Positions 48,769 through 61,339 of a stretch of 64,000 nt of DNA are shown here, piece after piece (within the stretch, counting starts at the first letter, position 1; the number at the start of each line of letters is the position of its first letter). The DNA comes from Takakia lepidozioides (Eukaryota > Plantae > Bryophyta): contig CM060733.1 in NCBI GenBank assembly GCA_030704615.1, positions 52,762,001 to 52,826,000 of the forward strand, in the 5' to 3' direction. A program made the translations under genes and the position numbers. Under the pieces are notes generated by a model that ran no database searches, had not been told where the DNA came from, and worked only from the letters and a program-made list of their open reading frames with translations.

Positions 48769-50399
48769 ACCTTTCAGTCAACCTCACATTATACACCTCA
48801 CACTTCAAAGTCAAAACTCTCCATGAGGACAGGCATGTTGATACATAATTACAGGGTTACAATTACTACTTTTCAATTGATCTGTTACCCTGCAAAAACA
48901 ATACCTAATGTATTCTGGAGCTCCATGCTGTATATCAGTACTGAGACCACCATCCTGTGCTTGGCCCTTTATCATGACAGCTAGCACTGGTTTCACACAA
49001 GGAGGGCTTTAACAACCCCCCCATCCAATCAGGCTACTTGCCATAGCCATGTGGCCATAGACCCCACGCCCAGTTTGGAAGGAGTAGAAAAGGTTTACGA
49101 GGCTACCTGAATTCTTCCAATCCACAAAGCTCAATGTGCTCACATCCACCTGTTTCCTACATGACATGAGCCCACAAATCAGGCCACACCACACTATTTG
49201 CTCATATCTACGACACTATCAACCTCGCACAAAACTGCCCACGGCCACCCTTATATCCAAGCAAGGTACCCTTTCCACAATATGCAGATTGTGCCGGAGG
49301 TGAGATTCAGGACTCACTTATAAGTCGTTAAAATTCAACAGCCATTTAACAAAAAAAAATTGTGATGATGTGTGCATTATTCTAGTCCAATCGGACATGT
49401 GCTGAATTCAGCCAACTGAGCAAGAGAGAGATAGAGGCAAAGAAGTAGAATTCTGCATGTATGCAAGAAAAACAGAGACTCTGCCCAAAGGCTTGTTACC
49501 CCAGAAATCTGAAGTTAGGATGTGGATGAGAGGGTGAAAGAAAGTACTCTGGCAATAGCACTTTTTTGAGGAACTTCACTTTTGTTGACATAAGCATCCA
49601 CAACCCGATATCCCGTAATAGGAATCCTGACCCATTGCTTCACATGGTACCCTGCATTCTCAGCCAGAGTATCCAAAATCTCCAACTTCAACCTGCCATC
49701 CCAGCCTGGTCGTTATCAATTGACTGAGTAGCATTGAGAGTGATCAAATAAGTCATTAGTCACCAAATTTGGACAACTGTGCCACACCACTGTCGCAGGT
49801 GCCTCTAGGATTTCTTGCTTTAGAAATAATCTCTGGCATCTGTTTCAGTAACAGTCTCTGGCACATTGGCCACTCGTTGTTCGCCATTTCCACCTATTAT
49901 AATTCTCCCACCCCCTGTCAATAAACCTCATCACCTGGTCGCAACTGGCATGAAACTGGTTTTGAAGCATTCTCAATGCAATGCGTTTGGAATATGCACG
50001 GAGTGTACAGCTCGCACCTTTTTGAAGCTCTCAGTACAGGGCCTCGGATGAATTTGTGAACCCACCGAGAGAAGCTTCGATGACGTGTTTCGAAGGAGGA
50101 GACAAAGGCCATGAGGGAGGGGCGCGAGGCAGGCCGGCCCCTTACGCGTGCCATGCCTATTGCATGCGTTGCCGTGGCTGCTCTGTCTCCAACTCTTCAA
50201 CCCATATCCTGAGATTCCACTGCTTCTCAGTACTGAAACAGAGACCTCGAGAAAAATTAAGACACAGAGAGGATGGTGTTTAGGGTGCGTGGGAAAAGAA
50301 ACTGTAACCCTGGATTAGGGGACGGAATGCACCTGCAGGATCGGCAACATCGACCCCACACCAACTTCGCCAAAGAGCGGAGAGCAAGTGCATAAGCCC

Positions 50400-50700
50400 C
50401 AGCAGCGATTTGCCCACAACAGCACCGCCCCGCATCATAGCAACACGCTCTCATAAGCACCTTAGGCGCCTTGACAAAAACGGTGGTGTAAGGGGCCTGA
50501 AGCTTCAAAATCCGAGAACCAACGATTGGCGTGAAGTCAAGGATTCCATGTTTGTTGATGACACCTTCCTCCTTCTTGAGGCCACCCCATCTACCCTGGC
50601 TGCTGCTGAAGACACCCTTATGCAATTCTGTTCCGTCTTAGGCGCCCAGGGGGCGAGGTCGAATTCACTCTCTCGAACCCAGCAGTCGTAAAATAGTAGG
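50400..50700 (+). pseudogene. LINE reverse transcriptase remnant
   Basis: VRGLKL...SMFVDDTFLLL...L.QFC...GA resembles the L1 FADD region. Surrounding sequence is heavily decayed. Confidence 0.55.
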
Positions 50701-51912
50701 AGGCCCATTCTCTGTTTCCTCGTCATTGGCTTGAAAAACCTTACCCTCCCCACATGCCGATTCCATTGCTCAGATAGCAGCTCCCTCCATTCCTCTCATT
50801 GGTGTCTTCTTCTTCTTGGTTGAAACACCGACCAACTGACCACTGGTGCCTGTCGAGAATGCGAGGTTGTCGTGGGACCTTGCACTGTGCATGATCCCTC
50901 TCTATTGCAGAAGCTTGCCACAAAGTGTCCATGTCAAAGAAGAAGAGAGGTATTGCATTCATTATTACGTCCGAACTGCTTCAAACATTTTAGCACCGTG
51001 GAGAAACGACCAATCTTGATGGGTAGTGTAGGTTATTCGTTATTCCTCAAACCTGGAGGATCTAAGATTTCGGAGTGTGTTCGGATGTTAAAGGATCTTC
51101 GGTGGAGTGCTGGACATTTTATTACATGGGGGGAGAGAGAGAGAGGGGAACTCCAAGATCTAGCTCCTGGTTTGAAATTCTCTACCTCAACGCGAAAATA
51201 ATCATCGTCAATTTGAGCCAAGGACTCTGAGCTGCGAAATGAGTCATATCAATGATCAATGCGATCTGTAGTTGTTTACAGGTACATAAGGACTCTTTCA
51301 CACTCTTACCTGGCCTAGTGTGAGTCTCATCAGAGCTTTGCATTTCATTCCTGAACCAAAACACGTTGCAGATGAGGATGAATCTTCCTATCTGCCATTA
51401 TCCGAGGGTTGAGAAGCTTTCCTTCTTCCATGCCATTTCTGGGCTTCCCTTGTCAGAGAAGGAACGAGTTCGGCATGGGCGGAGGTTGGAGTATGGTTGC
51501 CACGCCACTTCCATAGCACGTGTACATGTGCGACCGGGCAACGGATATGGTGACGTGCTGCCGCTCCACTTGTACTCCACTGTCTGGGCACTTGGACAGC
51601 CCAGGTGGAGCTTGCCTGAATTGCATGTCTCCTCTCGCTCACACTCTCTATGTCGGCCATAGATTTTGTCAGCCAGAGAGAATTGAGGTCGGTAGTAGAG
51701 GATTGAGAATGCCCTTGTATCTCTTGTGGAGCTGCTAAGGAAGTTGGATACAGAGGCAGGAAGGAGCAGAGGAGACGAAATCACATCGAGGTAACGAGGT
51801 GGGTGGAGGCTTTCGTAATCTGTGACTTCTCGAACCAAGAGGAGGGTGAGAGAGGGTAGAAGAGCCTCTAAGGAGCTCGCACCGGATTGACGTTTGTAGA
51901 TTACAGGAGAAA

Positions 51913-53568
51913 ATGCAACAAAGCAACACGGTGCTTAACGAAGGAAGTGTAGAGACTACAACCATGGGAGGAAAAGCTTATGTGGGGGAATCTGAACAGA
52001 GCGCGAATGTGGAACAAGGTTCCTCTCTTGCTGAGGGAGGAGAGACACACATGCTTTCAAGTGATGAAATGAGCACAGGGAGAGGAGAGAGCCGGCAAAT
52101 GCAGCCACAAGCGATCTTCGGCTATTGCCTATTGCACGGGCTGCGTGGGGTGCCTATGGAAGATTTCCATGTAGCGGATTTTCCTGACATTGACGGAGAG
52201 GAGGTATGTGAAGTTTCAGCCATTCTCCAAGCCCCCGCCCCTCCTTCCTGCCCCAGGCCCGATGTCTCTCTCTTGTACACACATTTCCTACATATCTGTC
52301 CCCTCGTTAGTGGGACATTGGGCTGACATTGGAACAGCAACCATTATCAAAGTACTATCTATGTGTAAATAGTATGGGTTCTCATCAAGCTGGTAAGAGT
52401 GAGTTACATATACATTAGCGAAGATATAGCACCCTACCCAAAGAGATCTGTGGTTAGGCTCTTGGTTACTTCAACTCTGGTGAGTGGGCTGTTGGGAGTA
52501 TGCAAGACACCCTCTCTGATTACACTCAAGCTTGGAGGACAATTTCTGACTTAGGGAGTACTGGAGGTTTCTGAACGTGCATTTACTCATCTCTCTTTCT
52601 GTGGTTAGGTTGGAATGTTTGGAGTGTTCGATTCCCATGATGGAAGTCACGTTGGCAAGTATTTGCAACGTCATCTGTTTGACAACATCTTGAGCGAGGG
52701 AGGGGTATGGTCCGACCCTGCAGGCGCTACAAGAGATGGTTACCTGCTCACAGATAGAAACATTCTGGAAGGTCCAACTAAAAGGGGCGGAAGCACTGCT
52801 GTTACAGCAATGCTCTTGGAGCATGGAAGCCGTCTGATAGTGGCTAACGTGGGAGACTCGAGAGCAGTCATATCCAAGAATGGCAAAGCTTTTCAGCTGT
52901 CAGTTGATCATGATCCCGGTCGCCCAGTAGAGCGTGCCAATGTAGAGATGCGGGGTGGACATGTAACCCATTTGCCAGGTGAGAAAGATATGATGAGAAA
53001 CTTATTGCTGTGCAGAAGAATACCGAGGTCTAGTTGAGGACAGTATAGCCACCTTCGTTTGCATTCATCGTGACTGCATTTGTCTTTGAGAATGGCTGGT
53101 GACTGACATGCAGGCGCGCAGAACAGGGATGAACCGGACTGTGTCCATAGTTAGATTCTCAAGGTCATCCTGGCATTCACATTTCACTGAAGATTGGAAA
53201 AGTGGTTTTTCTAGATACTGTATTGAGTGGCAGAAAAGAGAAACATCACATGGAAGTTTGTGGGGACAGGAGATTACTGGCGGGTAGACGGCGTGCTCTC
53301 AATTGCTCGCGCATTTGGTGACAAGAGCTTGAAGTCGCATATGAGTGCAAAACCCGATGTGGCTGATCTTGTAGTGGACTTGTCATGTGAATCTCTGATA
53401 TTGGGAAGCAATGGTCTGTGGGCAGTGTATGGCAACCAGGAAGTGGTTGATGTAGTTAACAAAATTGGAGATCCCTTGAAAGCTGCCCAGCAGCTTGTAC
53501 ATGAGGCTCGAGCTCGCCACAGTGAGGATGACATTTCTTGTATTGTTATCCAGTTTCGGGAGTTGTAG
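51913..53568 (+). CDS. PP2C/PPM-family phosphatase-like protein (clade F-like), 3 exons, ~319 aa, with substitutions in catalytic motifs
   Basis: Exons 51913-52203, 52609-52978, 53270-53568. MEDFHVA, FGVFDSHDG, GGSTAVTA, ANVGDSRAV, LSVDHDP, RVDGVLSIARAFGD, LILGSNGLW, SEDDISCIV. Confidence 0.9.
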
Positions 53569-54549
53569 AGAGTGCAGAGACCAATTCTATGCAATGACGG
53601 ACAGTATGCCAGCAGTATCCAAGCCTCTTCCTCTATGTCCCCATGGCAGTCTTAGCTCTAAGACCTTAGATTGTGAAATCATTCAACCAAAACTGTCTGG
53701 GAGAGAAGTTGTTGGAGAGTGCCTCAGTGGGTGTTGAGGTTAGTACAGAGATAGGTAGAAAAGTGGGCGGCTGTGAGAGAATAATTGCAACTACGAATGA
53801 CATTTGTTTCTGGATTGCATGGACATCAGGGGATTCATAGCAGCTCACTTCCTTTGAAAACATTCTGTTGGTCCCAAAACATGAAATCGTAAAAGCAAAG
53901 AGTTAAGGAGAGCGTGTTGAAATTGAGGATGCAAAACTCTAACCATTTGCCTTCTCACGGTAGCAGCAATGTCCCTTCCTATTGCATTCTTCAAGCTCTT
54001 ATAAGTGAAGAACATTCAGTACGGACTTTGAAATTGTATTTGCATTTGTGTCTGATATACAAACACTTCCTGAACAAAAATCAGATTGCAAAGTCAGATT
54101 CCAATGCATCTTACATATGCCATGGTTTTTGAATATGGTGGTCTTGACTCTTGACACATTTTGTCGCCAGTTGGGGTACTACCATGTCTAAATGATTGCA
54201 GGGAATGATGTAGGTGGGACTTTTGTCTCGGTCTCTAATAATATTCTAGAGAACCATTGCTGGGCGCCGGTTCAAGCCACAACTCTATGGCAAACTGCGT
54301 CTTATGAGTACATTCTACAGAGCCATTGCTATGTACTCATAGCAAACAAATTCAACCTTGATAATAGTGCAACATGCATGAGACATTGCTATGTTCAGCT
54401 TCAAACACCACCAGCTGACACCACACTCGAGATGACTTTGGAACATAAACAAAGTCTTATTGCAACAAGCAGCTCCGCCACAAGAGGCTCTGTCCTTTGG
54501 TGATTTTGTGGTTGTTGTTTTATACTTTTTCTAGGGCTTCATGAATCAT

Positions 54550-54870
54550 TCCCATCAACCCTCCATAGACTAGGCTTAATGGATAAGCCTAGTTCTCTCC
54601 CTAAAGATGTATCCACTATGCCTCTATCCCTTGCGGGTCCCATCATCCCTCTAAAGACTAGGCTCTCTCTCTCTAGGCTTAATGGATAAGCCTGGTTCTC
54701 AGTTCTCCGCCTAGGCAAGAAGTCTCCACAATGCCTCTATCCCTTGCGGGTCCCATCAACCCTCTAATGACTAGGCTCTCTATATCTCTCTCTAGGCTTA
54801 ATGGATAAGCCTAGTTCTCCGTTCTCCGCCTAGGCAAGAAGTATCCGCAATGCCTCTATCCCTTGCGGGA
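54550..54870. repeat. Tandem repeat, ~3 copies of ~105-110 bp, each with a small hairpin
   Basis: CTAGGCTTAATGGATAAGCCTAG...CCTCTATCCCTTGCGGG repeated three times. Confidence 0.85.
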
Positions 54871-56259
54871 CAGAGCCAATAAATCCTAGTGTAAGAGTTC
54901 TCACGTAGTCTGAAGGTCTGACTCTTTGTTTGCCACTTTTATGTCAGGCAAAGACATACAGGTTTATATTTGCTCTTTTTGCTGATGTCCCCACACTCTA
55001 AACTGCAAAACCAACCCCAAAACTGCCTGTTCTCTAGGCCTGATCGGAACTCTCCCAGACGATTCGTCGTTGTCTCCTAGTACAGATGCCAACATCCGCC
55101 TTACTTCTTCGTGACGTTTTGAACCTTGTCGCCGATAAGTCTTATTAGCATCACGAATAGGGGCACAAGTCGCCTGAAAAACCTTCGAGCCACAAGACGA
55201 CTCTTCCTCGGAGGAGTCACAAGATCCATCATCCATGGTAATGGAGCCACAAGACTCTTCACTGAAGTTGCAATGTCCAATGTAAACGCCCCTCTTCTTG
55301 GGGAATAGAGACTTGCCAATGCATCCTGCTGCCCTCTTCTTATGGACCTTGTGCATACTAGTTCAGACTCCGACTTATCCATTTTTTTGCCCGTCAACCT
55401 CCAACAACAAAATCAAAATCACAACACTTCAAAAAAAAATCTGCTGAGCTTCAAAGAGATCTCCCGAGTTGATCGAGGCGCCCAAACACACTAAACCTCC
55501 ACTCTACAGAAATCAGATTCCTTTGAAACACAAAATTACAAAACCTCCACACTAAGAGAGATGTTTTCTGAGACGGCTAGCTGGGCATGGAGACACAAAA
55601 CCTCCAGTGGACACTACAGATCAGATCAGAGATTCCCTATGGACAGAAAGACAACACGAGCACACTCATAGGAGCAAAAGTCTTACGAATAGAAAGAGCC
55701 ACGGTGACTCTCTGGGCAGAAAATATACAAGAGCAACACAAGAGGGTACACTGAAGACAGACAATACACAAGAGCAACCCAGCGGAAGTAGTGTCTAAGT
55801 GTGCAGGAGATCAGCAGGTCTCGAAGGCCAGTAGTCTCGGTGAGACAGATATGCCATCCTAGTCGTTGGATTAACAGTCAAAGAGGATAGACCGTCGATC
55901 CTGAGCTCACATTATTCTGTACGTAAAGAATTTTAAGGAAAAACGAAAAAAATCATTTGTATTTTGGGTGGCCTTATTTGCTGGAATATAGCGCCACGTC
56001 ACGCGAGTGGCTTACGGAGCGTAAAGCACTGCTGGTTTTCTCCTTCGTGGTTTCAGGGCGCTCCCAACGCAAAGTATTATCAACGTCAAACCTAAGGCCC
56101 GGGTCAGGCTCGGGAGGTACCTTCGGGATGGCATGTGCATTTAAACTGTTTCGCATAGCGAAACACTTTCAAAGGCACTCTAGCTGACCCTCAGGTATTT
56201 GGTGTGGCCATCAACTGCACGTCCTCCTATTCCTCCTTTCCTCTCTGCCTCCTTCGTTT

Positions 56260-59200
56260 TGTGTGAATGATATCGCCTACTACTATCATAGTGAACATAT
56301 CAGTGCATTGCAGGAGATGCCAGTATTGTAAGATTCAGCATATTGGAATACTTTACTAAGGAGGAACATCAGGAATGCAATACCCTTAACGGGTTCCCTA
56401 TTTATCTAAGAGCTAGCATTGATTGCCGGTAGGTGGCATTAAACCCGATTAGCTGGAATTCAGCTAATGCTTACCAACTGGATGACTCTTACTTAATGAA
56501 GAGATAAAGCAAACAGGGTGTCACCCTATGGGACCATGCTGATATAGCTTTCTAAATCTAACACCCCCTCTCAATATCAACATCTTTCTTATAGGGTTCT
56601 GCACTTGAGTTTTGAAAGACTGCAAACACCTAGAGCTGCTCTAAATTTCTCGAATTTCTGTCTGCCAAGAGATTTAGTCATAATATCTTCAACTTGTTCT
56701 TGTGACGCAACATGCACTAAGTCGACTTCTTCGCTTTCCACTTTCTCACGAATATAATGGTAATGAACCTCGATATGTTTCGTACGAGCGTGAAATACTA
56801 GGTTGCGAGCAATTTTTGCGTTACTCTGATTGTCACAGCTTATAACAGTAGGACCATCCTCTAAAATTCCGAGTTCTTTATAGAGTCTTCTCAACCAAAC
56901 TGTCTCTTTAGCACCCTCGGTGAGTGCACGATACTCTGCTTCTGTTGAGGACAATGCAACGGTAGGTTGTTTCTTCGAACTCCAAGTTACTGCACCATCA
57001 CCCATTCTGAAGACATAACCTGAGGTTGAGTGTCGACTATCATTATCGCCAGCCCAGTCGGCATCTGTGAAACCACTTAAAGCGATGTTCACTCCTCTCT
57101 TATATAGCAGCCCGTAGTCACCTGTTCCAGCCACATATCGAAGAATGTGATCAACAACATCCATGTGAGCTGTTTGTGGCGATTTCATGTACCTACTCAC
57201 TGCTCTGACATGATACACAAGATCAGGTCTTGTGTTTGTCAAGTATACTAGCTTGCCAACTTTCCTCCTGTATAGAGTTTGATCAGAAGGTTTAAGGTTC
57301 TCGATCATGGAACAATATGAGGATTGCAATCAGAAAACCCAAACTCCTCAAGCATTTTTTAATATACCCCCTCTGCGTGATCATGATGTCTTCTTCAAGG
57401 TGAAGAAATTCAGCTCTAAGGTACAGCGTGATGAGGCCTAAATCGGTCATATCAAATGCTTGCTTGAGTTGCTGGCGCAGACAAGCGATTTTCACAGTGT
57501 GATTGCCAGTCAGCAAGAGGTCATCTACATAAAGAATTAACAAAACAATTTTGTCATCTTCCTTGAAATAATAGAGGTTGTAGTCAGCATTAGATCTGTG
57601 AAGACCTTGAGTCTTGATAAAAGAGTCAATTTTAGCATACCATGCTCTCGGCGCTTGCTTAAGACCGTATAGGGCCTTCAAAAGTCTACAGACCTTCGTT
57701 TCATGGCCAAGCTTGGAGAAGCCCTCAGGCTGTCGCATGTAAACCTCTTCGAACAAATCCCCGTTCAAGAATGTCGTTTTGACGTCCATGTGAGCTGCAA
57801 GGGCAACAAGAGAGCGGATAGTCGCCCATTTGACAACTGGAGCGAACGTTTCGTCATAGTCTATGCCCTCTTTCTGCTAGAAACCTCTTGCAATGTTCAA
57901 GGCGCACTTTCAACTTATCAGGTGAGCCATCAGCCTTTTGCTTCACTTTATACACCCATTTCGAAGTGATTGGGGTTTTCCCAGAGGACAAATCAACCAG
58001 CTCCCAGGTCTGGTTCTTCGCAATTGAATCCATTTCAAATTGCATTGCATCTTGCCACCCTGCAATCTGTGAAGCTTCATAGAAGCTCTCAGGTTCATTG
58101 ATCTCGGCAATGTTGACATAGTCATCAAGAAGACGTGGCCGTCGTCGAATCCTCGTTGATTGACGTTGAATTTCTTGTTCTGGATCAGGTTGAGCTGGTT
58201 GCTCAGGTGTTGGCTTGACATGAGCTACAGGTTATTCCCTCTCAATCGGCATATTGTCGATGTCAAGGTCAACATGTATATCAATAGCACGGGGAGATAA
58301 GGGTTCATGTACCTCAACATGTACGGGTGGAACCTCAACATCGTCTGGAACCACAACACCGTCTACTTCATGTTGCTTTTGGAGTGAAGCTGAATGTCTC
58401 TCTGATATAGGGATATCTCTTTGTGCAGGAATCCTCTCAATGAATATAACATCTCTACTAACAAATTTTTTTCTAGTAGTGGGATTGAACAGTCTGTACG
58501 CCTTGGTTTCTGTATCATAACCCACTAGCATACAAACTATCGACTTAGCATCTAGTTTTCATCTGTATTGTTGGTCAACATGAACATAAGATTTGCTGCC
58601 AAATATCTTAAGATGAGATAAGCGGGGTTTGATACCTGAAATTTTTTCATAGGGTGTCATTCTTCATTGGCAGATGATGGACTTCGATTGAGAAGATATG
58701 CAGCTGTGTTGACAGCTTCTGACCACAAGTATTTGGGAAGATCCGCCTCCAGAACCATACTTCTTGCTCTCTCTAGTAACGTGCGGTTCTTGCGCTCGGA
58801 AACACCATTTTGTTGTGGTGTTCTAGGTTGTGTCAGCTGTCGTGTAATCCCGTGGGACTGCAAGTAAGCACTAAATTCGTGAGACAAGAACTCGCCTCCA
58901 CGGTCTGAGCGTAAGCACTTTATCGTCTTCCCTGTAGCATTTTCTATCATTTGTCGGAAGATCTTGAACTTCTGCAATGCTTCGTCCTTTCTTCTCAGAA
59001 AATATACCCAAGTATATCGACTAAAATCGTCGATTATGGCCATGAAATATTTTGATCCTGAGAGAGATGGGACTTGCAGCGGTCCACAAAGGTCTATGTG
59101 CAGCAACTCAAGGATTTCGGTAGCCTTGTGTTCTGCTTTCTTCGAAAATTGTTTTCGTTGGTGCTTACCGAGCAAGCAGCCTCTGCAAGATTCTACGATG

Positions 59201-60540
59201 AGGGGTAGATTAGATAAGCCTATTGCTCTTTGTTGTGTGGACATTTTGTGAAGGCCTTGAAAATTTAAGTGTCCTAGTCGTCTATGCCAGAGTCTAGCCA
59301 CTCTACCGTGATCTATTTGAGGCATATCCTCACAGGCATTTGTTTTTATCTTTCTACTGGAATCTAGAGAATTGACAAAGTTGTTGGTGTCTAAATTATA
59401 TAAGCCATTTCTCCTATTTCTAGATCCTTGTGCTAATATTCTCTTAGTATTATTTTTATCTACAAACAAACACTTTCTATTGTCAAAGATAGCCAGGTGA
59501 CCACTATCACAGATTGCTCCAACTGAAAATAGATTCCGCTTCAGACTCGGTACGTAAAGAACATTAGATATCTTCGTTATTGATCCGTTCATGTTTACCT
59601 TGGCATGGCCTTTGCCAAGAACAGTGTATGCATGCCCACCGGCAGAGCTAACATTGTGTTGTGAGCTTCCTAATGCTAATACATGATGCACCAGATCTGG
59701 ATTTCCAGTGATATGTTTCGAAGCACCAGAGTCAACAATCCACTCTGCTTCGGTGATCTCAGCAGAGAGGGCCTCATCTTCGTCTGCTATTTCTACTGCC
59801 GCTAAAGCTGCTTCAATGACATCGGCTGCATCATTGTACTCACTATCACTGTTCTCCTCATCAAGATGGGCTTGCAGATGTGCACGAAGTTTGAGTACTT
59901 CTTCATATGGAACTGCACAATCCTTCGCCCAGTGACCGATCTTTCCACATCGATTGCAGGTTGATGTCTTCTTGTCATGGGATGTGTGTCCAAAAGCTCG
60001 TTTGTTACCAAAACGTCTGCCGGGAGCCCCCATCTTTTGAAACTTGACAAAAAGAGCTTCTGTGTCTTTCTGTTGTCGGCCTCTTAGCTCTCTGCGATTT
60101 TCTTCCTGGAGCAGTTTGGCAGTGAGCTCGTCCATGGTTGGTAGGTCCTTCTGGCTTGCCACTGCTTGCACATAGTAGTCGTAACTCTCGAGTAAGTTGT
60201 TAAGCACCATTTCGACCAGCATTGTATCATCAATCTTCTCACCACATCCTGCAAGCTGACTCACAAGATCAGACACCATTTCTATGAATGATTCCATGGT
60301 CGTTCATTCTTCCATTTTGAGGTTAGCAAGACGGTTCAGATTAACAACTTCTTGGAGATAAACTTGACTTCATAAAGCTCACAAAGTTTGAGCCACATTT
60401 TCCTTGGATAGTCAATATCTTGAATATAAGGAATGACTTTGTCAGAAAGGTTCCTACAGATTAATGCAAGAGCTTTGTGCTTCCTTTTTGTTATGGACCT
60501 CTAGTTGTTGCTCAGGAGGTGAGACATCAGACTCCAGAAA
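56260..60540 (-). mobile_element. Ty1/Copia LTR retrotransposon, frameshifted, gag cut at 60540 by a later insertion
   Basis: gag knuckle CNRCGKIGHWAKDC, WIVDSGASKH, integrase LLHIDLCGP/QQNGVSER, RT LYVDD, RNase H FTDADWAG. PPT at 56564-56573 and 3' LTR starting at 56563 (distal end uncertain). Confidence 0.9.
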
Positions 60541-61339
60541 TGTCGCGCACCTCACTTCGGTAAGCTCCCCTTCAAGTCATAGTTACTCGCTTTGATGCGC
60601 GCGCCTGACTCCCAACCTGGCCGCCCGGGCTAATTTGGAGCTTCGGCTGCTCACCGAGACATAACGGTCTTCTCTTCGCTTCCCACTAAACCCTCCACCT
60701 AATTGGGACTAGGAGAATTCCCTTTGGTAGATGGCAGTCCGGACCAGCTCCCCACTCTTTGGTCGCTTTCTGGCTCGCTCGCTTACTCACTAGTTTTTGG
60801 TCACCAACGGGCTTGCACCGTTCTCGGGGTTACTACTCCCTATATATACTTTTGTAGCTGTCCGCAGGGGTTCCACAACCAGCCATGCCATTTTATGGCG
60901 AACCACCACGAAAACCCTCGACTCCCGGTGATGAGTCGCGGTGAGTCTTGGCCCGCTCACCACGGCCCCTATGGACCGTGATGAGTCCCAAGACTCCCCA
61001 CTGGCCATTGTCGTTTCATCTGGCCCGACGACGTCCGCATGTGAACTGTGCTCCCTCGACCCTCGCTGGTCCATCTCATGCCCCTTCCTCTCATGTCGGC
61101 CCCTCTGATGTACGTGCGAGTAGCCTTCCTCATACGAGACCTGCTCCAAGGCCACCATGAAATCCGGGACAAGCCCAGAAACGGCAGAGAATTGTGCAAC
61201 ATTTTGTTGGTGACCGACCTGTGAACATGCCTGATACCCTAGATGGTATTCATGATAGGAGTGGAAATCGACCAGAGAGACAACTGAACGTACTCCGAGG
61301 ACGACTATAGGTCCAACGGCTAGTTGCCTCTGGAAACGT
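60541..61339. mobile_element. LTR-like sequence of a second element inserted in the Copia gag
   Basis: Begins TGTCGCGCAC exactly where the gag reading frame breaks off. TATA-like CCCTATATATAC near 60840. Truncated by the next element. Confidence 0.55.

Noticed and set aside
54964-56190. ORF 54964-55356 and adjacent TE-like sequence
   Set aside because: Low-complexity with a short internal repeat; no domain or termini I can support.
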